Made by a program: the position numbers and the translations under genes. The notes beneath the pieces were generated by a model. That model searched no databases and was not told the DNA's origin. It was given only the letters and a program-made list of their open reading frames with translations. This document shows positions 56,779 through 64,000 of a stretch of 64,000 nucleotides of DNA, piece after piece. This DNA comes from Bacteriovoracia bacterium (GTDB lineage Bacteria > Bdellovibrionota > UBA1018 > CAIPTA01). Position 1 is the first letter of the stretch, and every line of letters begins with the position of its first letter. The stretch is from assembly GCA_050246755.1 (NCBI GenBank), contig JBFWVL010000001.1, forward strand, positions 672,001 through 736,000, in the 5' to 3' direction.

Positions 56779-56800
56779 CAACGTAGCTTGCGAGGGAAAC

Positions 56801-58048
56801 CTAGAAACTAATAGCGCTATACAACTCGATCCGGCGCTGCTTCTGCAGGCGCTTCTCGTTCGGAGTGGCGAGGGCCACGCCTTCGCCGCCCACGCGGCCT
56901 TTCTCTTTGTGGTACTGCAACTTTCCGCCGAGCGCCAAGTTATCGGCCAGCATGTACTTGCCTTCGAACATGTGGGAGCGGTTATCGGCCGGCGCATCGC
57001 CGTTGGTGAAGGTATTGATCACCGAAGCGATTCCCCGGTCAGCGAAGGTATAGGTAACAGTCCACTCGTTGGCTTTCTTCGCCACGCCATAGATCAACGA
57101 AAGGCTATAACCATCGCGGCTAGCTTTTCTCGCCGTGATATTCACGGGAGCAATGCCGCCGTAGTAAACGGTCTTATTGCGGATATATTCGCCCACGAAG
57201 CGTAGCGAGTACGGAAGAGTCCAGTCGGTGAGCAGCTGCCATTGGCGGGTATTGTTCATGATTACGTTCACGTCAGTGGCCAACGCCGCGCCGGTAGAAG
57301 GAGCTGCCACACCGCCGTGCACTTGGTTGCTATACCAGTTACTGGTGGAGGATCCGCCGGTGCCAGACCAGTTATGGTAACCGAGCGCAAATACCGCTTT
57401 AACGTCGTCGCTCACTTTCCAGTCGAAGGTGGGCTGCAAGCTATAGAGCACGCCGAAGTGCGAGCGCGTATCGGCCACTGCCTGGGTGGCTTCGGTAGAA
57501 GTATAAGTAGAGGGTTGCGCGGGGGTTCCGCGATTAGTGGCACCGAGCACGTACTGGGCAGCGTTGAATCCGAAAGCACCGTGCTTCCAATTCCAGCCGA
57601 GGCCATCCCAGCGATTGTCGCGGTCGAGAAAACCCTGGCCCACGCTGTCGTAGAGGAAAGCGGCCTTCTGGCGTCCGATCACCACGGCCCATTCGCTCGC
57701 GAGCCACTCGTTGGTATGCAAACGCACGTTCGCCTGCTCGAGGCCGAAGGTTAGGTCTGCACTATTAGAAAATTGCACCCATTCGCTGATCTGACTGCTT
57801 TGGGTACGCATGCCCACAGTCCAGTCGAGGTGCTCGCTACCTTCGGACACGCCAAGCGCCGCACGAAGCTCGTAACGCTTATTGGTGGCCTTGGAGGTAT
57901 CTTTTCCGGCGGCGTTCTTGGCCTCTAAACCGTCGTTCAGCTCGCGGTTCAGGTAGCGCAGGCCGGAGCCTCCGCTCCACTTCATTTCGGCTTGGGCATA
58001 GGGGGCGGCTAGGGACAAAAGTAAAAGAGCGGCAAAAATCTTTCGCAT
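56801..58048 (-). CDS. Putative outer-membrane porin
   Basis: Signal peptide, alternating beta-strands, D.D.RWDG, C-terminal Phe. Confidence 0.8.
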   Translation of the reverse strand: MRKIFAALLLLSLAAPYAQAEMKWSGGSGLRYLNRELNDGLEAKNAAGKDTSKATNKRYELRAALGVSEGSEHLDWTVGMRTQSSQISEWVQFSNSADLTFGLEQANVRLHTNEWLASEWAVVIGRQKAAFLYDSVGQGFLDRDNRWDGLGWNWKHGAFGFNAAQYVLGATNRGTPAQPSTYTSTEATQAVADTRSHFGVLYSLQPTFDWKVSDDVKAVFALGYHNWSGTGGSSTSNWYSNQVHGGVAAPSTGAALATDVNVIMNNTRQWQLLTDWTLPYSLRFVGEYIRNKTVYYGGIAPVNITARKASRDGYSLSLIYGVAKKANEWTVTYTFADRGIASVINTFTNGDAPADNRSHMFEGKYMLADNLALGGKLQYHKEKGRVGGEGVALATPNEKRLQKQRRIELYSAISF

Positions 58049-58135
58049 GCGTTTCTCCGGAGGTTGGTGTCTGGGATAACGATAGAGCAAAATATTGCGC
58101 GCGCAAAGAAGCTAAATAGATCCTAATGAAACCCT

Positions 58136-58177
58136 AAAAAAGAAAAACGGGAAGAATCCTTTCGGACTCTCCCCGTT
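58136..58177 (-). terminator. Rho-independent terminator between the porin genes
   Basis: AACGGGAAGA..TCTCCCCGTT imperfect stem with T-run on the minus strand. Confidence 0.75.
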
Positions 58178-58218
58178 CCTTTGTATTGGCTAAGAAGTTA
58201 AGTGCTTCTTACGTTTAG

Positions 58219-59484
58219 TTAGAACGAAACGCCAGCAGTCAACTCGAGGTAACGAGTCTTCTGAGCTTGGGCACTGTTCGCACCGGCATAGGCGGCACCA
58301 GTGGTGGTAACTTTCTTCTCGATCTCTTTCATGAGCATGGCAGCTGCGCCGAGAGTGAAGTTATCAGCAATGTTGTAGCCAACAGTGATGATGTGACCTT
58401 TGTTGTCCGGGAGGAAGGTCTCGTTGGAGTAAGCGCCGATTACGGAAGCAATGCCTTTGCGAGCAAAGGTATAGCTAGCCGAGAAATCGTGGGCTTTGCG
58501 GAGCTTGCCGTAGGTCAAACCGAGAGCATAAGCAGTTTTGCTCACGCCGGTTTTAGCCAAGGCTGCGCCGTAACCAGTAACGGTTCCAACGTCGTAGTTA
58601 GCTTTGTTCTTTGCGTTCATGATCAACTCGCCAGTGAAAGCCAAGTTGTAAGGCAAGGTCCAGCTGGTGAGGAACTGCCATTGACGGGGGTTGTGGATGT
58701 TGAACGCTGCAGGAGCTTGAACAGCAGGGGTACCAGTGTTCAATGCAGTGTTCGTGTTACCGCCACCAGAAAGGTTGTTGTTGGTAGCGTCATTCCAGAA
58801 GTAGTAACCAACGGCGAACATAGCTTCGATCTCGTCAGCGAACTTCCAGTTCATGGTAGGTTGAACGCCCATCATGGTGTTGAAGTGCGAGCGAGTGTTA
58901 GCTACAGCTTCCGTGGCTTCCGTCTTGATGTAAGCAGAAGAAGAGTTGATGGTTGCACGGTCTTTCGCGCCAGTGATGTACTGAGCGGCGTTGAGGCCGA
59001 ACATACCGAATTTGAAATTCCAGCCGAAGCCGTCGAAACGAACGTCGTTATCGAACAAGGACTGTGCGCCCATGTCGTAAGCGAATACGTTCTTTTGGCG
59101 GCCGATGGTGAGAGCGGCGTTCACAGAACCGAAATCTTTGAGGTAACGGAACCAAGCTTGCTCGAGACCGAAGGTACGGTCGGTAGCGTTCTGAACGCCG
59201 ATATAATCGTCGTTACGAGCGTTGGTGGTGCGAAGACCCATTCCCCACTCAACTTGCTCCCAACCACCGGTAACACCGAGGTTAGCGCGCACGTCGTAGG
59301 CTTTTCTGGTAATGGTCGAAGTGTCTTTGCCGGCAGTGGTGCCCGCAGCAACTTTCGAACCCAAGCTGTCATCATACTTGGTGTGGCTGAAGCGCCAACC
59401 AGCAGAACCGTTCCATTTCATTTCAGCTGCCGAGGCAGAGGTTGCAATCAAGCTTGCAACTGCCAATACAAATAGATTTCTCAT
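58219..59484 (-). CDS. Putative major outer-membrane porin, paralog
   Basis: Signal peptide, DNDVRFDG, C-terminal Phe; GCT/ACT/GGT/AAC high-expression codon bias. Confidence 0.82.
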   Translation of the reverse strand: MRNLFVLAVASLIATSASAAEMKWNGSAGWRFSHTKYDDSLGSKVAAGTTAGKDTSTITRKAYDVRANLGVTGGWEQVEWGMGLRTTNARNDDYIGVQNATDRTFGLEQAWFRYLKDFGSVNAALTIGRQKNVFAYDMGAQSLFDNDVRFDGFGWNFKFGMFGLNAAQYITGAKDRATINSSSAYIKTEATEAVANTRSHFNTMMGVQPTMNWKFADEIEAMFAVGYYFWNDATNNNLSGGGNTNTALNTGTPAVQAPAAFNIHNPRQWQFLTSWTLPYNLAFTGELIMNAKNKANYDVGTVTGYGAALAKTGVSKTAYALGLTYGKLRKAHDFSASYTFARKGIASVIGAYSNETFLPDNKGHIITVGYNIADNFTLGAAAMLMKEIEKKVTTTGAAYAGANSAQAQKTRYLELTAGVSF

Positions 59485-59489
59485 CACTT

Positions 59490-59720
59490 AACTCCTGTTT
59501 TAGTTCGCTTCCTTCTAGCGGAAGCAGCTTTTCGCAAACGTACTACGTTAAACTTCTCAACCCGAGTTACCGATCTTGTCGCCTAATCTCACTGCGAAAA
59601 ACTTTTCGCAGCTCTTATTTTGGCATCAGGATCTTCTCGGGGTGGAGGTCGCCGAATTTCCGAAAAATTAATTTTCCAGCGTTTTCAGCGAACTTCACCC
59701 AAAGATGTAACTTCACTAAC
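59490..59720 (-). promoter_or_regulatory. Long structured 5' leader of the porin gene
   Basis: Nested stems; TTGACA at 59744-59749. Confidence 0.5.
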
Positions 59721-59874
59721 AGATTTAAGCAGGGCGCTCTTTGTGTCAATACCAACAAAAAGAATTTTATCAATTTACCTGACACCAGGCACAAATTCTA
59801 CACGGTAACGTGCTTCCGCCAGGTAGGCGGAAATTAGCATTGGGTTCGCGAATTTTTTTTCCTACCATATACAT

Positions 59875-62433
59875 ATGGCTTCCAGCGCGGGTTCTAAAAA
59901 GAGTTCTTCCACCTCCACGTCCACTTTACTGCAAGACCTTCTGGGCTTGTTCTTTCTCTTCTTAGCGGTGTTTACTCTGCTAGCGCTCTGCTCGTATTCG
60001 AATCATGATCCCTCTTTCTTTACCTCTTCGCGCGCGCCGGCAAAAAATCTCGCGGGTATCTTGGGCAGCCACTGGGCCTCGTTTCTCTGGCAGGCTTTGG
60101 GCGCCGCCGCATTTATGCAGGCCACCATTTTCTTTTTGGCCGGCATCGCGCTTTTTCGCCGCATCTCTCGCCAGACGTGGGCACTTGCCACAGCGAATTA
60201 CCTTTTGCTCTTGGTGGCCACCGCCGCGAGCTTCGGCCTCGTGCGTAAGCCGCTCTTCGTGGGCGGCACGTATTTCTCGCTCGGCGGAATCGTGGGCGAC
60301 CTTCTCGGCGGTTTCTTCCAATCGTACTTGAATACCGCGGGCGCCGCGCTTTTCACGGCCTGCGTGTTTCTGTTTGCGATCAGCCTTTCCACGAAAATTT
60401 CCGTGCGCGATCTTGGTCTGTACGTATGGCTAGGCTTTTCCAAAGCCGGTGTGGCGGTGGTAGGAATTCTTCTCTACTTGGGCATGCAGGTGTGGGCGAT
60501 GATGGAAAAAGCCTACGGCGAAATCCGCCCGGCCTTGGTAAGGGCCTTCGGCAACGCGTTTCTAGCGGTGGGCGAAAAGATCCAGGCGTTCCGCGCCAGC
60601 CGCGCCGAAAAGAAAGCCGCGGCGGTACTGGCGAAATCTTTGGAACCTAAGATTGTGGTGGCCCCCGTTCTGGCCGAACCCATCGTGGAGCGCGCCGGGA
60701 ACGTGATTCCGATCCGTGCCCAGCCCCTAGCGGTGGCTCCCTCCGCGGAAGTGATGAGCAGCGATCAGGCTCCCGCGGCGGAAGATGATGGTCCCGAAAT
60801 TATTTTCGATCAGGCCGAAGGCACCCAGGAAATTTTCGACAATCCCGGCGAGATGGCCGGCTCGCAGGGAGAGAAATCCACGTTCTCGCCGTTGATGAAT
60901 TTCGTGAAGAACAAGGTGAGCCAGAACGAGAAAGCGGTGAAAACGGCCCTCGGCAAGAAAGTCCGCTACGAGATGCCGCCCCTTTCCTTCCTGCACACTC
61001 CGATCGCCGAAGAAAATAAGCTCGACCGCGAAGAGCTGCTCCGCAATTCCAAGATGCTCGAAGAAAAGCTCGGCGACTTCAACGTGAAGGGCCAAGTTAC
61101 GGCCGTGAAGCCCGGCCCCGTGGTCACGATGTACGAGTTCAAACCCGCCGCCGGCGTGAAAGTGAATTCGATCTCCAATTTGAGCGATGATTTGGCTCTG
61201 GCATTGTCCGCCAAGAGCATCCGCATCGTGGCACCCATTCCCGGCCGCGACGTGGTGGGCATCGAGGTTCCAAATAAACACCGCGAATCCGTGCTACTGA
61301 AGGAAATCATCGGTTCCGATACCTTCAACTCCAAGAACCACTCGATCCCGATCGCGATCGGCAAAGACATTCTCGGCGCGCCCGTGGTGGCCGATCTCAA
61401 AAAGATGCCCCACTTGCTCGTGGCCGGAACCACCGGCTCGGGTAAATCCGTTTTCATCAATACCTTGATCTGCTCGGCGCTCTATAAATTCAGCCCGCAG
61501 GACCTGCAGCTGATCCTCGTGGATCCTAAGCAGCTCGAGCTCGCCCCCTACAACGATATTCCCCACCTGCTCTTGCCGGTGGTTACCGAGCCCCGCAAGG
61601 CTTCGCTGGCGTTGAACTGGGCCGTGCAGGAAATGGAGCGCCGTTACCGGGTGATCGCCGCCTCCGTTACCCGCGACCAAGAAGGCTACAATAAAAAACT
61701 CGACGAAGTGGGCGAAGAGAAGATGGGCCAGCTCATCAATAAGAACAAAACCGACCTCGACGAAAAATTCTCCGCCGAGCGCATGCCCAAGCTCGTGATC
61801 GTGATCGACGAGCTCGCCGACCTCATGATGACCGCCAAGGCCGACGTGGAGAATAATATCTGCCGCCTCGCCCAGAAAGCCCGCGCCGCCGGCATTCACT
61901 TGGTGCTCGCCACGCAACGCCCTTCCACCGATGTGATCACCGGCTTGATCAAGGCCAACCTTCCTTCCCGCATCTGCTTCAAGGTGAGTTCCAAGATCGA
62001 TTCCCGCGTGATGTTCGATGCGATGGGCGCCGAAAAGCTCATCGGCATGGGCGATATGCTCTTCATGCCTCCCGGCGATTCCGCGTTAGTGCGCATGCAC
62101 GGGGCTTACCTTTCGGTGGAGGAAGTGGATCAGATCACGAATTTCTGGCGCGCCCAGGGCAAGCCCATTTACCGCACGGATATCTTGGTGGATCCGGAAG
62201 AGGAAGGCGACGGCGAAGGAGCCTTTTCTTCGGAAGATGCGAACGATCCCATTTACAAGCAGGCCCTGGAGATCGCCTACAGCTCCAACGGGATTAGCGC
62301 TTCTTACCTCCAGCGTCGCTTGCGCATCGGCTATAATAAGGCCGCGCGCTTCGTGGAGATGATGGAAGCGCAAGGCATCGTGGGCCCGGCTGATGGCTCG
62401 AAGCCTCGGCCGCTGATCGGCCCGCGGCCTTAA
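59875..62433 (+). CDS. ftsK: DNA translocase FtsK
   Basis: N-terminal TMs, PHLLVAGTTGSGKS, IDELADLMM, LATQRPS, gamma domain LQRRLRIGYNKA. Confidence 0.97.
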   Translation: MASSAGSKKSSSTSTSTLLQDLLGLFFLFLAVFTLLALCSYSNHDPSFFTSSRAPAKNLAGILGSHWASFLWQALGAAAFMQATIFFLAGIALFRRISRQTWALATANYLLLLVATAASFGLVRKPLFVGGTYFSLGGIVGDLLGGFFQSYLNTAGAALFTACVFLFAISLSTKISVRDLGLYVWLGFSKAGVAVVGILLYLGMQVWAMMEKAYGEIRPALVRAFGNAFLAVGEKIQAFRASRAEKKAAAVLAKSLEPKIVVAPVLAEPIVERAGNVIPIRAQPLAVAPSAEVMSSDQAPAAEDDGPEIIFDQAEGTQEIFDNPGEMAGSQGEKSTFSPLMNFVKNKVSQNEKAVKTALGKKVRYEMPPLSFLHTPIAEENKLDREELLRNSKMLEEKLGDFNVKGQVTAVKPGPVVTMYEFKPAAGVKVNSISNLSDDLALALSAKSIRIVAPIPGRDVVGIEVPNKHRESVLLKEIIGSDTFNSKNHSIPIAIGKDILGAPVVADLKKMPHLLVAGTTGSGKSVFINTLICSALYKFSPQDLQLILVDPKQLELAPYNDIPHLLLPVVTEPRKASLALNWAVQEMERRYRVIAASVTRDQEGYNKKLDEVGEEKMGQLINKNKTDLDEKFSAERMPKLVIVIDELADLMMTAKADVENNICRLAQKARAAGIHLVLATQRPSTDVITGLIKANLPSRICFKVSSKIDSRVMFDAMGAEKLIGMGDMLFMPPGDSALVRMHGAYLSVEEVDQITNFWRAQGKPIYRTDILVDPEEEGDGEGAFSSEDANDPIYKQALEIAYSSNGISASYLQRRLRIGYNKAARFVEMMEAQGIVGPADGSKPRPLIGPRP

Positions 62434-62539
62434 AATTCCGCAGCGGCAATCCAATCGGCTTAGGCAAGACCGCCACCGAATGCCGCGCGCAGGGCGGGCA
62501 TTCGCTCTTCGCCCGCAACGTGAACCGCTGTTTTAGTTT

Positions 62540-63079
62540 TTAAGCTTTGCGAACGAAGGTTGCGCTGAAATTATCCTGCGGCAGCGCGCTTTTGCGGCTG
62601 CGCAAGCTCGAGAGCAGCAAAGAACCGCCGCTCACGTACACGAGGGTAAACCCAAGCAGGCGCCGCGCGAGCGCTTCCACCGAGGGCACTCGTCCTTCCC
62701 GGTCTACGATCTTCAAGCCAAACAGGCCCATCCCGAAAGTTCTGCCTAGCCAAGCCGGTAGCGCCACGAAATAAAGAATCGAGAAGAATCCGGCGCAGGC
62801 GCCAACGAGCTGGCCGTTCGCGTAGTCAAACGCCTCGAAAAAAACAGCCGCCGAGGAGGCCGTCTGAAATTCCGTTCTATAAATTGCCACGAAAACCACC
62901 GCGAAAAACTTCGCGGCGTAGGCACTCGCACCGAGCACGACCGCCAGGTCCAAGGCATGCGCCATCAGGCGCGCGGTGATATGCAAAGAAGCCCGTTCCG
63001 GCGCCGGCGCGGGAGGCGCCAGCAAGCGCAGGCCGGTCTCGGGGGCGGAGGCTTCCGGAATATAGTAAGGAATCGGCAT
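62540..63079 (-). CDS. RDD family membrane protein
   Basis: RLMAHALD, GRTFGMGLFGLKIV, PQD. Confidence 0.85.
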   Translation of the reverse strand: MPIPYYIPEASAPETGLRLLAPPAPAPERASLHITARLMAHALDLAVVLGASAYAAKFFAVVFVAIYRTEFQTASSAAVFFEAFDYANGQLVGACAGFFSILYFVALPAWLGRTFGMGLFGLKIVDREGRVPSVEALARRLLGFTLVYVSGGSLLLSSLRSRKSALPQDNFSATFVRKA

Positions 63080-63086
63080 CGTTTAC

Positions 63087-63114
63087 TGATCGGGAAATTT
63101 GCCCTTCGCCTTGA
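63087..63114 (-). promoter_or_regulatory. FliA/sigma28-type promoter
   Basis: TCAAG-N15-CCCGATCA, 7 nt before the ATG. Confidence 0.6.
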
Positions 63115-63258
63115 ATCTGGAAGGCGCAGGGCGGACAAAAATTCACCTATAATTTTCAGCACTTACAGATCATTCAGCGCTCCGCCCCATAACGCACCTA
63201 AGCTCCCGTAAAACTTAGCTTTTCCGCTTTGTGGGTCTAAAAGCCCGTGCTATCACTT

Positions 63259-63360
63259 CCCACACTACTCACGGCTCCCTTGCACCTACCCCCGTAGGTG
63301 CCTGCTGTTTAAGTGCTGGATATTAGCCAATATCCGGATTTGGGGCCGGCGGATGGAGAA
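63259..63360 (+). promoter_or_regulatory. rpsB 5' leader (S2 autoregulatory / t44-like)
   Basis: Begins CACAC after an extended -10; hairpins GCACCTAC/GTAGGTGC and GGATATT/AATATCC; position upstream of rpsB. Confidence 0.6.
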
Positions 63361-63411
63361 CGTAATCACTATCGATTGCATCTCCTAAACTTAAACCTGG
63401 AAAGGGGATCT

Positions 63412-64000
63412 ATGCCTACTGTTGTCATGAAAGACCTGCTCGAAGCAGGCGTTCACTTCGGCCACCAAACCAAACGCTGGAATCCAAAAATGAAGCCTTA
63501 CGTGTACGGCGCACGTAACGGGATCTACATCATCGATCTCCAAAAAACCCTCGGCCTCGCCCGCGATGCCGTTGAGTTCGCGAAGAAAACCACGAGCGAA
63601 GGAAAGAAAATTCTTTTCGTAGCCACCAAGAAACAAGCCCGCGACATCGTGGCCCAAGAAGCGAAACGCGCCGATCAATTCTGCGTGAACAACCGCTGGC
63701 TCGGTGGAACGCTCACCAACTACCAAACCGTAAAAGCTTCGATCGATCAACTGAAGAAGTACAACGCCATGGAAGAATCCGGTGAACTTCAGGCGATGAA
63801 CAAAAAACACGTAGCCCGCATCAATAAGCACCGCGAGAAGCTGCATAAAAACCTCGGTGGCATCACCGAAATGCGCAAACTTCCCGGCGCTCTCTTCATC
63901 ATCGACCCCTCCAAGGAACACACTGCCGTGCTCGAAGCGAACCGCCTCGGTATCCCCGTGATCTCCGTGGTGGACACGAACTGCGATCCTACCGGCATCG
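63412..64000 (+). CDS. rpsB: 30S ribosomal protein S2, truncated by the window edge
   Basis: Own translation: [27 protein letters not shown]...RWLGGTLTN...DTNCDP. Confidence 0.98.
   Translation, partial: MPTVVMKDLLEAGVHFGHQTKRWNPKMKPYVYGARNGIYIIDLQKTLGLARDAVEFAKKTTSEGKKILFVATKKQARDIVAQEAKRADQFCVNNRWLGGTLTNYQTVKASIDQLKKYNAMEESGELQAMNKKHVARINKHREKLHKNLGGITEMRKLPGALFIIDPSKEHTAVLEANRLGIPVISVVDTNCDPTGI

Noticed and set aside
58267-59475. Long antisense ORFs here and at 21729-22877, 31715-32986, 34333-35445 and 48239-49372
   Set aside because: Shadow frames of well-supported genes caused by codon bias; no motifs or RBS

Overview
This window is chromosomal DNA of a Gram-negative bacterium, about 55-60% GC by eye. 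It is most likely a Bdellovibrionota-type organism, inferred from the xerD/site-2 protease/scpAB/rluB synteny, PilT, many secreted orphan proteins and sigma28/sigma54 promoter usage. Housekeeping genes are kdsD, an amidase, trpS, xerD, scpAB, rluB, acs, mtgA, mutM, ftsK, rpsB and tRNA-Val(GAC). They flank an accessory block at about 27-56 kb, which holds a ParD-like/zeta-like pair with a 10-bp operator array, a secreted 3D-domain protein and a lipoprotein + Wzy_C ligase pair. The same block carries a 14-kb secreted beta-glucan degradation and uptake locus (2x GH3-PA14, 2x GH30, sugar ABC importer), a GT4 + debranching-like pair and a two-gene operon of apparent pseudo-enzymes. Non-coding signals include two candidate structured RNAs, a recurring sigma54 promoter/enhancer/IHF architecture, FliA-type promoters and many apparently leaderless genes. 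No CRISPR array, rRNA, transposase or prophage was seen. Family calls come from motif recognition by eye, not from database searches.
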